A stretch of 62,613 nt of DNA, counting the filler. It is 5 parts of 5 records of this genome, joined end to end, with 100 filler letters (N's around TTAATTAATTAA, not from the genome) between each part and the next. Parts side by side here need not be neighbours in the genome. Positions count along the whole stretch, not along the records: positions 40,130 to 51,259 come from SRR31156797_5830; positions 51,360 to 57,421 come from SRR31156797_5847; positions 57,522 to 62,613 come from SRR31156797_5855; 2 more parts are not named here. One strand, given 5' to 3'. Shown piece by piece: positions 50,059 to 58,845 of this stretch (the first letter of the stretch is position 1; the number at the start of each line of letters is the position of its first letter). The notes under the pieces are model-generated. The model did no database searches, was not told where the DNA came from, and saw nothing but the letters and a program-made list of their open reading frames with translations. Made by a program: the position numbers and the translations under genes.

Positions 50059-51000
50059 ATGATCACAATTACTCAACTCGAATACATTGTTGCTGTCGAC
50101 ACCTTTCGTCATTTTGCAACTGCTGCCGAAAAATGCTTTATCACTCAACCGACTTTAAGCATGCAAATCAAGAAATTAGAGGAATTCCTTGATGTGACAC
50201 TTTTCGACAGAACCAAGCAGCCAATTATTCCTACCGATGTTGGTGAGCGTATTATCGAGCAAGCCAGAATTATTCTGGGTGAAACCAAAAAGGTTGATGA
50301 GATTATTAAAGATCATAAAAATACAGTTGAAGGTAATTTAAAAATTGGTATAATTCCAACTCTTGCTCCTTTTCTACTACCAATGTTTATAGGAGATTAC
50401 ATTCGAAAATATCCAGCAATTAAGGTTGAAGTAGAAGAAATGGTTTCGGAAGATATCATGAGAAGCTTAAAAAAGGATCAAATTGATGTTGGTATATTTG
50501 TTACACCTGCCAAAGATGAAAAAATTCTGGAGCGTCCTCTCTTTTTCGAGGAGATGATGATTTACGCACACAAGGATCACAATTTATTGCAGCAATCACA
50601 TATAGAAGTAAAAGATATTGCTACTCCAGAAATATGGATGCTTGGAGACGGGCACTGTTTCAGAAATCAGGTGATCAATTTATGTGAGATGCATGACTTG
50701 CAACATCAGGAATTACCATTTGAATTTGAAAGTAATTCTTTAGAGACATTAATGAAAATTGTAGATCGAGAAGGTGGTTTTACGTTGATTCCTGAACTAG
50801 CTACCCAATATTTACCTGAAGAAAAATTAAAACAGGTAAAGAAATTTTCAAATTTACACCCTCTTCGTGAAGTAAGTTTGGTTTATTCCAGACATTATTC
50901 AAAAAATAAATTGTTAGAATTATTGGGTGAACACATACAAAACACAATCCCAAAGAGCCTTTTGAATAGCGAGAGAGGAACAATTGTTGAATGGCGCTAA
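50059..51000 (+). CDS. oxyR: Hydrogen peroxide-inducible LysR regulator OxyR
   Basis: TITQLEY..A...HF..AA..C..TQPTLS, GHCFRNQVINLC with both redox cysteines; start ATG 50059; TATATTTG at 50023-30. Confidence 0.92.
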   Translation: MITITQLEYIVAVDTFRHFATAAEKCFITQPTLSMQIKKLEEFLDVTLFDRTKQPIIPTDVGERIIEQARIILGETKKVDEIIKDHKNTVEGNLKIGIIPTLAPFLLPMFIGDYIRKYPAIKVEVEEMVSEDIMRSLKKDQIDVGIFVTPAKDEKILERPLFFEEMMIYAHKDHNLLQQSHIEVKDIATPEIWMLGDGHCFRNQVINLCEMHDLQHQELPFEFESNSLETLMKIVDREGGFTLIPELATQYLPEEKLKQVKKFSNLHPLREVSLVYSRHYSKNKLLELLGEHIQNTIPKSLLNSERGTIVEWR

Positions 51001-51181
51001 TTTTTTTCTCGCTTAAATTGAAGCACTTAGTTTAAGAATGGAAAAAAGTCTGTTTTTTTTTCAAAAAAAGTATTGTGGGTTTAAAGAATTATAATTTACT
51101 TTGCATCGCTAAAGAAAAAAAGATGAGCCTTAAAAACTCAAACATTTGCTAGCAAAAACAAAAGAGAAATATTGCAAAGTA

Positions 51182-51212
51182 TTTGTGAAAACAAAAAAAA
51201 GAATTATCTTTG
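51182..51212 (+). promoter_or_regulatory. Bacteroidota promoter for the tRNA
   Basis: TTTG (51182-85)-N19-TATCTTTG (51205-12); a second candidate TTACTTTG near 51096. Confidence 0.7.
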
Positions 51213-51231
51213 CAGCTCTGAAAAATTAGAT

Positions 51232-51259
51232 GGTCCGTTCGTCTAGGGGTTAGGACGCC
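51232..51259 (+). tRNA. tRNA-Glu, 5' part only (truncated at contig edge)
   Basis: GGTCCGTTCGTCTAGGGGTTAGGACGCC matches the acceptor stem/D-arm of Bacteroidota tRNA-Glu; anticodon not in window. Confidence 0.75.
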
Positions 51260-51359
51260 NNNNNNNNNNNNNNNNNNNNNNNNNNNNNNNNNNNNNNNNN
51301 NNNTTAATTAATTAANNNNNNNNNNNNNNNNNNNNNNNNNNNNNNNNNNNNNNNNNNNN
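51260..51359. other. Artificial contig spacer
   Basis: N44-TTAATTAATTAA-N44. Confidence 0.99.
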
Positions 51360-51457
51360 AAGTCAAAACTTGATTTTGCGTTGCTTTGCGTAGTGGATTT
51401 GCCCATTTGAGGGCAAACTGCGCATTGAATTTTCTGCTATTTGTACGTTTTTCTTTG

Positions 51458-51497
51458 ATTCATTTCTTTTTTCGTACTAGACAAAAAAGAAATGAAT
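51458..51497. repeat. 15-bp perfect inverted repeat (terminator or dispersed repeat)
   Basis: ATTCATTTCTTTTTT-N10-AAAAAAGAAATGAAT. Confidence 0.6.
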
Positions 51498-51665
51498 ATC
51501 CAATATCGTTTACAGTTTAATTATAAATCATTTATTTATAGTCGTAAATCTGATGAAATTATATTTTCCTGCTACAATTTTGATAGAATGTAGGTTTATC
51601 TACAACCTGAGCCAGCTGATTGTTAATCAACTGGCTTTTATGATGATTATGTTTAATAGATGCAG

Positions 51666-52415
51666 TTACCTGATTTCAGCTCTTGTTATCAATGTTTTGT
51701 TGATTAAAGCGAATAATATGAATAAGGAACCAAAGAATACATACATCATAGGTAAACCGTAGAATTTGTCAGGGTTCATAATAGTCTCGAAGAATTTGAA
51801 CATACCTGCAAACATTGGTTCCAGATTATATACTTCTGATAAAATAGGCAATACTATGAAGAAGAAAGCAGGTACAATTATTGAGACTGATATTTTTAGC
51901 GGTTTGTTCATACGGTAATAAGCTAATCTAATAAAATGCCCTATGGTAAACATTAATAAATTAAAGATTAGCTGTGTGATGTATGTATTAATGACTTGCA
52001 GAATCATATTATTAATATAACTTTTTGATAGAATCAAAATAAATGCATTTGTATGGATAAATAGTGACGTTATCAAAATCAGAACTAAATCGATAGCTGA
52101 CATAATGGCTGAAATTATCAGGGAAGAATAAATTAAGGTTCTCCATACATTATGTCTTGAAATGCCATTCTGAGTAAACATTCTGAATTCGGTTGAAAAT
52201 GTACATATACCCATAACCAACAAAAATATCATGCTAGAGAATGCCATTCCACCAAAACCGCTATTGTCATTTATTTGATAAGTACTGACGTCGCTGTCAA
52301 CGTAAAAGTTGATTATTACAGCACAAGCAATGAGAATAATTATAATTACGTAGTAAATTATTATTGCATTAATATTGCTTTTTATTTGAAAATTTGTTGT
52401 TGTACGTAATTTCAT
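51666..52415 (-). CDS. ABC-2-type transporter permease
   Basis: ~6 TM helices, QNGISR motif, third gene of the GntR-ABC operon. Confidence 0.75.
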   Translation of the reverse strand: MKLRTTTNFQIKSNINAIIIYYVIIIILIACAVIINFYVDSDVSTYQINDNSGFGGMAFSSMIFLLVMGICTFSTEFRMFTQNGISRHNVWRTLIYSSLIISAIMSAIDLVLILITSLFIHTNAFILILSKSYINNMILQVINTYITQLIFNLLMFTIGHFIRLAYYRMNKPLKISVSIIVPAFFFIVLPILSEVYNLEPMFAGMFKFFETIMNPDKFYGLPMMYVFFGSLFILFALINKTLITRAEIR

Positions 52416-53272
52416 TACTCAGCCTCCTTTTTTGTAAGCTTTACAAAAAGCTTCTGTAGATTGATATTTTCTATCTCTATTCCATTAGTTTTGGCCAATT
52501 TATTTTCAGCGAGTACATATGCTGCCTTTGTATTACCAAGTGTATCACTGCCAATGACATTGAGTTCCTTCGTATATTCATCGACTACATTTATATTTCC
52601 AGTGACTGTGTAGCCTTCTGACAGAAGCTTTTCACATGTTGTATCCCTCAGAATTTTTCCATCATCAATTATTATTACGTTTTCTATGATATTTGCAACT
52701 TCATTGATTAAGTGAGTTGATACTACAAATGTGGAAGCATTATTCATGTAGCAGTTTAGTAGATGCTTGTAGAACAAATCTCTGTGGTTTGCGTCCAGTC
52801 CTAATACTGGCTCGTCAAAGAAAACAAAATCTGTATTTACACATAATCCTATTATATCTTTTAATATGGTGGTATAGCCTGTTGATAGTGATTTTACCCT
52901 TTTATGAGTATTAAGACGAAATTGCTCAGTAAGCTGGAGGGCTAAATCCATATCAAAGCTAGGAAAGAATTCCTTTGTCCAATTAAATATTTCATGGACT
53001 CTCATACTTTCAGGGTAGAGATTTGATTCACCTGCAAGGTAAATACCATTAATCTGATGTGTTATCTGATGCAAATTGCATTCATCAATCATAACCTTAC
53101 CTGATGTAGGGAGAATCCTATTTGATATGATATTAAGCATAGTTGATTTGCCTGCTCCGTTTCTGCCCAGGAGTCCGTAAATCTTTTTTGTCTCAAATGT
53201 TATATTTACATTTTTTAGAGCAGCGGTGCTATTATAGTTCTTGCATATATCGATTAATTGGATTTTACTCAT
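52415..53272 (-). CDS. ABC transporter ATP-binding protein
   Basis: GRNGAGKST, LSTG signature variant, FDEP, STH. Confidence 0.93.
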   Translation of the reverse strand: MSKIQLIDICKNYNSTAALKNVNITFETKKIYGLLGRNGAGKSTMLNIISNRILPTSGKVMIDECNLHQITHQINGIYLAGESNLYPESMRVHEIFNWTKEFFPSFDMDLALQLTEQFRLNTHKRVKSLSTGYTTILKDIIGLCVNTDFVFFDEPVLGLDANHRDLFYKHLLNCYMNNASTFVVSTHLINEVANIIENVIIIDDGKILRDTTCEKLLSEGYTVTGNINVVDEYTKELNVIGSDTLGNTKAAYVLAENKLAKTNGIEIENINLQKLFVKLTKKEAE

Positions 53273-53636
53273 TATCGAATCTCCTTTCTATAAGGTCTAT
53301 GATTTCCTTTTTGCTTAGTTCCAGTTTCTTAGCTTCAGTTATCAAATTATCAATGTAGTTCGAATAAAATTGATTTTGCCGTTTGGTTTTAATCTTTGCA
53401 TACGCACCCTCACACACAAACATACCGATACCTCTCTTTTTGTAAATTATTTTTTCATCCACTAAGATGTTTATGCCCTTTAGTACGGTTGCAGGATTTA
53501 TCTGATACCGTATGGCAACTTCATTAGTTGATGGTATTTGACTTTCTTCCAAAATGCTGCCAGTAAAAATGCCATCCTCAATCTGCTCAGCAATCTGCAA
53601 ATATATAGGTTTTTGGCTATCTGTATTAAGATTCAA
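53265..53636 (-). CDS. GntR family regulator (YtrA subfamily)
   Basis: PIYLQI, IPS..E.A....INPATV, KRGIGMFV; 123 aa; TTG start. Confidence 0.92.
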   Translation of the reverse strand: MNLNTDSQKPIYLQIAEQIEDGIFTGSILEESQIPSTNEVAIRYQINPATVLKGINILVDEKIIYKKRGIGMFVCEGAYAKIKTKRQNQFYSNYIDNLITEAKKLELSKKEIIDLIERRFDNE

Positions 53637-53660
53637 ATTAACACCGCCTTTCTGTTAAGT

Positions 53661-53710
53661 GGTTAACTACTAATGTAACTAACTATACAACATACAGAAT
53701 TTGTTGTCAA
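53661..53710 (-). promoter_or_regulatory. SigmaA promoter with an overlapping YtrA-type dyad operator
   Basis: Minus strand TTGACA-N17-TATAGT (53710-53682); imperfect dyad GGTTAACTAC-TAAT-GTAACTAACT (53661-53684). Confidence 0.7.
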
Positions 53711-53743
53711 TAGCATAATTAGAAATGTTATAATAATTAAACC

Positions 53744-53774
53744 TTGACTCTACCATGATGTTAGGCATTATATT
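53744..53774 (+). promoter_or_regulatory. MerR-type promoter with 19-bp spacer and internal dyad
   Basis: TTGACT-N19-TATATT; dyad CTACCAT-G-ATGTTAG at 53750-53764. Confidence 0.75.
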
Positions 53775-53813
53775 AATATTGTAATTCGAATTATATTTAT
53801 TAAGGAGTACATT

Positions 53814-54623
53814 ATGTTCAAAATCGGTGATTTTTCAAAACTTACTTTTGTATCCATTCGCATGTTAAGATACTATGATGAAGTTGGCTTATTCAAGCCT
53901 ATGAAGGTAGATGAATTTACCTCATATCGTTATTACTCAGCAAGTCAGATAAATGACTTAAATACCATTATGACTTTGCGTGATTTAGGATTCAATGTAG
54001 CACAAATTGCAAAGATAATGGGTGAGCAGTCAAAGGAAAATATCAAGGAGATATTAGTAAGCAGAAGATGTGAAGTTGAACAAAGTATAGATAAAAACAG
54101 GCTGATTTTACAGAAGCTGGACTCCGAAATTCAAAATATTTTTAAGGAGCGAACAATTATGAATTGCAAAGTTGAGATTAAATCTATTCCAACATACAAA
54201 ACTATTTCATACAGGGATATTATTTCTGCATACAACGAGGAGGGAACACTGTGGCAAAAGTTAGGCGAATTTGTAGAGGCAAATAGAATTAAATGCGGTG
54301 GTATATCTTTCGCAATGTATCACGATAAGTGCTACAAAGATGCTGGCGTAGATGTAGAGGTTCTAATGAAGGTGGAAGAAATGGGCGAAAGCGAAGGAAA
54401 ATATATCTATCGTGAGACAGATAGTATTGACAATTGTGCCAGCGTATTAGTACCAGGAGATTATTCAAATATTGCACCAGCATTTAATTTCCTAGGTCAG
54501 TGGATTGAGGAAAATGGATATACAATGTGCGGAAATATGCGACAAGTTTCTATTAAAGGACCGTGGAATGAAGACAATCCTGATAACTATTTGGTGGAAA
54601 TACAGGCGCCTGTAACAAAATAA
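53814..54623 (+). CDS. MerR family regulator with C-terminal GyrI-like effector domain (BmrR/BltR-like)
   Basis: FKIGDFS...SIRMLRYYD..GL, YRYY, LRDLGF; GyrI-like C-terminus (W.E.NGY, EIQ.PV). Confidence 0.92.
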   Translation: MFKIGDFSKLTFVSIRMLRYYDEVGLFKPMKVDEFTSYRYYSASQINDLNTIMTLRDLGFNVAQIAKIMGEQSKENIKEILVSRRCEVEQSIDKNRLILQKLDSEIQNIFKERTIMNCKVEIKSIPTYKTISYRDIISAYNEEGTLWQKLGEFVEANRIKCGGISFAMYHDKCYKDAGVDVEVLMKVEEMGESEGKYIYRETDSIDNCASVLVPGDYSNIAPAFNFLGQWIEENGYTMCGNMRQVSIKGPWNEDNPDNYLVEIQAPVTK

Positions 54624-54637
54624 TATGAATGATTTAC

Positions 54638-54661
54638 AGAGGGCGAGACAGCCCTCTTTTT
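54638..54661 (+). terminator. Rho-independent terminator
   Basis: AGAGGGC-GAGACA-GCCCTCT followed by TTTT. Confidence 0.75.
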
Positions 54662-54665
54662 GTGT

Positions 54666-55721
54666 TTAAATATCACCGTACATATTAATATAATAGCTCA
54701 TATAATCACCGTTGATAATCTCCTGAGTCCAATTAATATTATCCACATACCAGTTAATAGTTTCTTTAATTTTATTTTCAAATTTATGCGTTGGCTTCCA
54801 GCCGAGTTCTGTAGTAATCTTACCACAATCCATAGCATACCTTTTGTCGTGACCAGGGCGATCCTTTACATATTGTATTAGGCTTTCAGATTTTCCTAAA
54901 GCGCATATAATAAGTTTTACAATTTCAATATTTGCTAGTTCATTGTTCCCGCCAATATTATATATTTCTCCAGATTTTCCCTTGTGAAGAACAGTATCTA
55001 TTGCACTACAGTGATCCATTACGTAAAGCCAGTCACGAATTTGCTTACCGTCGCCATATACAGGCAATCTTTTATTATTTAAGCAATTGTTTATCATCAG
55101 TGGAATTAACTTTTCTGGGAATTGATATGGACCATAATTATTGCTGCATCTAGTGATATTACAGGGCATACCATATGTTTTGTGATAAGCTCTCACCATT
55201 AAGTCAGCACTTGCCTTAGAGGCAGAATAAGGGTTGTTTGGTGCGAGAGGCATCGTCTCAACGAATTTACCGGTCATACCCAATTCCCCATACACCTCAT
55301 CAGTTGATACTTGTAGGAATTTTGTTTCGGGTTTAAATATTTTACTGTATTTATCATCAGGGTTATCTTTCCAATGATTTTTTGCTATATCAAGCAGTGT
55401 TTGAGTGCCTAGTACATTTGTAGCAACGAATAAATTGGAATCCTCTATACTTCTGTCAACATGAGATTCAGCAGCAAAATTAATAACATAATCTATTTGA
55501 TAATATGCAAAAATATCATTCAATACTTTTTTGTTGCATATATTGCCTTTAACAAATGTATATCTTTTATTGTGTTTTACAGAATCTAAATTCTTTAGAT
55601 TTCCTGCATAAGTAAGGCAGTCAATGTTAATTATTCTATAGTTATCATATTTATTCAGCATGTAAGTGATGAAGTTGCTCCCGATAAATCCAGCACCACC
55701 AGTAACTAATATATTCTTCAT
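54666..55721 (-). CDS. rfbB: dTDP-glucose 4,6-dehydratase
   Basis: TGGAGFIG, LTYAG, AAESHVDRS, STDEVYG, YSASK, SNNYGP, DRPGHD. Confidence 0.95.
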   Translation of the reverse strand: MKNILVTGGAGFIGSNFITYMLNKYDNYRIINIDCLTYAGNLKNLDSVKHNKRYTFVKGNICNKKVLNDIFAYYQIDYVINFAAESHVDRSIEDSNLFVATNVLGTQTLLDIAKNHWKDNPDDKYSKIFKPETKFLQVSTDEVYGELGMTGKFVETMPLAPNNPYSASKASADLMVRAYHKTYGMPCNITRCSNNYGPYQFPEKLIPLMINNCLNNKRLPVYGDGKQIRDWLYVMDHCSAIDTVLHKGKSGEIYNIGGNNELANIEIVKLIICALGKSESLIQYVKDRPGHDKRYAMDCGKITTELGWKPTHKFENKIKETINWYVDNINWTQEIINGDYMSYYINMYGDI

Positions 55722-55899
55722 TTATTACTCCAAAACTATCATGTTATCATATTGTTTATCATTCAGATTATTTAGATGCATTATAACATAATTTATTATG
55801 ATCGGCATGTAAAGTGAATTAGTAGTACTATTGTTGTAAAAAAATAGTATTCAGAAAAATGCACCTGAATACTATTAGGACAAGATTGTAGAAGTGAGT

Positions 55900-56271
55900 T
55901 TATTTTGTAGTTCCATATGGCCAGCGGGTTATACCGCCTAAATCATATACATTTGTGTAGCCAAGTCTCTTTAGTGTTTTATATGCATTAGAGCTTCTGG
56001 AGCCGCTTTGACAGTAAACTATAACGTTACTGTCCTTTTTTGGGATTGATTTTTTTATTCTACTGCTTATTGAATTGACTGGTATGTTAAGTGCTTTGTT
56101 GATATGACCAGTTCTGTATTCACTGCTTTCTCTGACATCAATTACCACTGCGCCGCTGCTCAATAATTCCTTTGCTTTTGCAGGGCTGATATGTCTGATA
56201 GCACCTAATATCTTAGGCACTACCAAAACTAGAAAGAAACCAATTACTATAATTATAAAATTGTTATCCAT
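55900..56271 (-). CDS. Membrane-anchored rhodanese
   Basis: N-terminal TM, IDVRE..EY..GHI, YCQSGSRS, DLGG. Confidence 0.9.
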   Translation of the reverse strand: MDNNFIIIVIGFFLVLVVPKILGAIRHISPAKAKELLSSGAVVIDVRESSEYRTGHINKALNIPVNSISSRIKKSIPKKDSNVIVYCQSGSRSSNAYKTLKRLGYTNVYDLGGITRWPYGTTK

Positions 56272-56731
56272 GTTTATCCTTTCAGCACTAAATAGTTAGT
56301 ATACGTACTAATTATAAATGGTTAATTACTAAATATCAAGAGTTTTTGAATATTAATGATTTGTTCAAAAAAATTGCGTATATTACAACTGTTATATTTA
56401 TTATATATTATTTATATTCAATTGTTTAGAATATGGCACTTTTATTAACTGTTTTTTACATCCAATTGCTTTTCTGTCATCTCATTACTTATTATTATAT
56501 TAATATTTGCAGATAACTAGATATGCATAATAAAAACAATATTTAGTGATATTCAAATAATTGATTTATTTAGTTAAATGACATATAATGTTATATAATA
56601 TATAATATAACATTATATTTCGAAGGTGTAATGCTATATATAAATACAGAATTAATATGCAAATACAGTATTGTATAAAAAAAGCTTATGTAATAATCCT
56701 GATATTGAGGTGTTTAGAAAAGGAGGATATT

Positions 56732-57046
56732 ATGCCAAGAGCTTCTCTGGCGAAAGAGACACAAAGCAAGGAACAGCAGATAGCGGATATTTTTGAATTC
56801 CGTAATGCATATACAAAAGAAAGAGGAATGAAGCGTGAAGAAATCTTTGGTGGGTTAAAAGAAGAATATCATTGCTATATACACTCAATGATTGCTAAAG
56901 GGCATATAAAAACAGATGATAATACATATTGGTTTGATATAGATTGCTATGAGGATAATAAGAAAAAATTACGGAGAAGCAAGTTTATTTTTTACCTGTT
57001 AATAACTATTGCTCTTATTGTAATTGTTTACTTACGCTTTAGGTAG
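56732..57046 (+). CDS. Hypothetical protein with C-terminal TM helix
   Basis: RBS AGGAGG at 56721, ATG 56732, hydrophobic C-terminus. Confidence 0.65.
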   Translation: MPRASLAKETQSKEQQIADIFEFRNAYTKERGMKREEIFGGLKEEYHCYIHSMIAKGHIKTDDNTYWFDIDCYEDNKKKLRRSKFIFYLLITIALIVIVYLRFR

Positions 57047-57103
57047 TGATTATATATGCGAATTGTATTTGATATGTAGCCTATTATAATGTGAATTAAT
57101 ATG

Positions 57104-57138
57104 AAGAAAGGTATTTACACTAAACAAATACCTTTCTT
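57104..57138. terminator. Terminator hairpin between convergent genes
   Basis: AAGAAAGGTATTT-N9-AAATACCTTTCTT. Confidence 0.7.
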
Positions 57139-57159
57139 ATTGTTATATTCTGACAAAAT

Positions 57160-57421
57160 TTACTTGAAATATCTCTCTAAAAGACCTTTGAATGCTTTGC
57201 CATGACGAGCTTCGTCTCTTGCCATTTCGTGGACTGTATCATGAATAGCGTCCAGATTTTGAGCTTTAGCCATCTTTGCTAAATCAGTTTTACCGGCTGT
57301 TGCGCCGTATTCAGCCGCAACTCTGGCTTCTAGATTAGCCTTTGTATCAGCTACAACTACTTCACCTAACATTTCTGCAAATTTACTTGCGTGTTCAGCT
57401 TCTTCAAATGCAATTCTTTTG
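57160..57421 (-). CDS. Reverse rubrerythrin / NADH peroxidase (5'-truncated)
   Basis: [25 protein letters not shown] diiron motifs. Confidence 0.9.
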
Positions 57422-57521
57422 NNNNNNNNNNNNNNNNNNNNNNNNNNNNNNNNNNNNNNNNNNNNTTAATTAATTAANNNNNNNNNNNNNNNNNNNNNNN
57501 NNNNNNNNNNNNNNNNNNNNN
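57422..57521. other. Artificial contig spacer
   Basis: N44-TTAATTAATTAA-N44. Confidence 0.99.
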
Positions 57522-57914
57522 AAAGGCTTTTTAAGTGGTTGTGATGATTATTTAAAGAAACCTGTTGATTTAGATGAGTTATTACTTAGAATAAACTCTT
57601 TGTTAAAAAGAAGTGGAAAATTCAAAGAACAAATAGAATTAATCGATGATTTGGTATTTGATGTAAAAAATAGAAGACTATTAAAAGCTCAAGAGGATTT
57701 AAATCTTACAAGTAAAGTTATTGACTTATTAGAGCTATTTTTAGAACAAAAAGATGCTATTGTTACTAAAGAGATGATTATAAATAGACTTTGGTCATAT
57801 AATGAAGACTATAGTGAAGGTTCTATTCGTGTTTATATAAATAGTTTAAAAAAGATAGTTGGAAAAGATTCAATAAAGAACTTAAAAGGAATAGGGTACA
57901 AATTTGAACTTTAA
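57522..57914 (+). CDS. OmpR/PhoB-family response regulator (5'-truncated)
   Basis: GCDDYLKKP..LDELLLRI, winged helix (IRVYINSLKK, KGIGY). Confidence 0.9.
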   Translation, partial: KGFLSGCDDYLKKPVDLDELLLRINSLLKRSGKFKEQIELIDDLVFDVKNRRLLKAQEDLNLTSKVIDLLELFLEQKDAIVTKEMIINRLWSYNEDYSEGSIRVYINSLKKIVGKDSIKNLKGIGYKFEL

Positions 57915-58764
57915 AAAAAGAAATTTTCTTATAACAAACTCTATTGTAATAGTATTTGTACTTTTATTATCTTTATTTTTAAATTACTATCTAACATCAA
58001 TATTTGGTTTTAATCAAAATACTTTTTTATTAATAACTATTAGTGTACTAATTTTTGGGCTTATTTTATATCTACTACTTAGCAAATCTATTTTTGAGCC
58101 ACTTTTTAAAAGTGATGAAAATCTACAAAAAACAGTAAAAGAAACCTTGCATGAACTTAATATTCCTATTTCAACTATTAACTTAAATACTCAAATGTTA
58201 GAAAAGAAAATTAGCGATGAAAAGGCTTTAAAAAGATTAGAAAGAATTAAAAAAGCTTCAAATGAATTACTAAAGTTATATGAAAATATGGAGTATCAAA
58301 TCAAAAAAGAGATTGATAAAATCGATATCACAGAGTTTAGCTTATACGAGCAAATCAATAATAGTTTAGAAAAGTTTGCTGATGTTAAAAGAGATATTAA
58401 TATTGAAGTTGATTTAAAAAGTGATGTATTATTAAAAAGTGATATAAATGGTTTTGAAAAAACTATAGATAATCTTTTATCAAATGCTTTAAAATATAAC
58501 TTAGAAAAAGATGGAGTTGTTAAAGTCTCATTTGAAGATACAAAACTAATCTTCTTTAATACAGGAAAAGAGATAGATACAAAAAACTTATTTATTATTT
58601 TTGAGAAGTATTTTCAAGAAAATAGTGATAAAGAAGGTTTTGGTTTAGGTCTTTCTATGGTAAAAGAGTTTTGTGATAAAAACCTTATTTCTATTAAAAT
58701 AGAACCTACAAAAAATGGTAATAAATTTATTCTAGATTTAAAAAATATAATATCAAAAAAGTAA
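57904..58764 (+). CDS. Small sensor histidine kinase (two TM helices, short loop)
   Basis: HELNIP H box, NLLSNALKY, GFGLGL; overlaps the response regulator. Confidence 0.9.
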   Translation: MNFKKRNFLITNSIVIVFVLLLSLFLNYYLTSIFGFNQNTFLLITISVLIFGLILYLLLSKSIFEPLFKSDENLQKTVKETLHELNIPISTINLNTQMLEKKISDEKALKRLERIKKASNELLKLYENMEYQIKKEIDKIDITEFSLYEQINNSLEKFADVKRDINIEVDLKSDVLLKSDINGFEKTIDNLLSNALKYNLEKDGVVKVSFEDTKLIFFNTGKEIDTKNLFIIFEKYFQENSDKEGFGLGLSMVKEFCDKNLISIKIEPTKNGNKFILDLKNIISKK

Positions 58765-58767
58765 AAT

Positions 58768-58807
58768 TTAACATTTATTTAACATTAATTTAATGATTAA
58801 TTAACAT
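58768..58807. promoter_or_regulatory. Four 11-bp-periodic direct repeats (OmpR/PhoB-type binding site)
   Basis: TTAACAT at 58768, 58779, 58801 and TTAATGA at 58790. Confidence 0.65.
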
Positions 58808-58845
58808 ATCTAATTTATTATTCTTATAAAAAATTAAGGATAAGA

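Noticed and set aside
37295-56271. Recurring rhodanese/redox genes as one sulfur-stress island
   Set aside because: They lie on different contigs from different organisms
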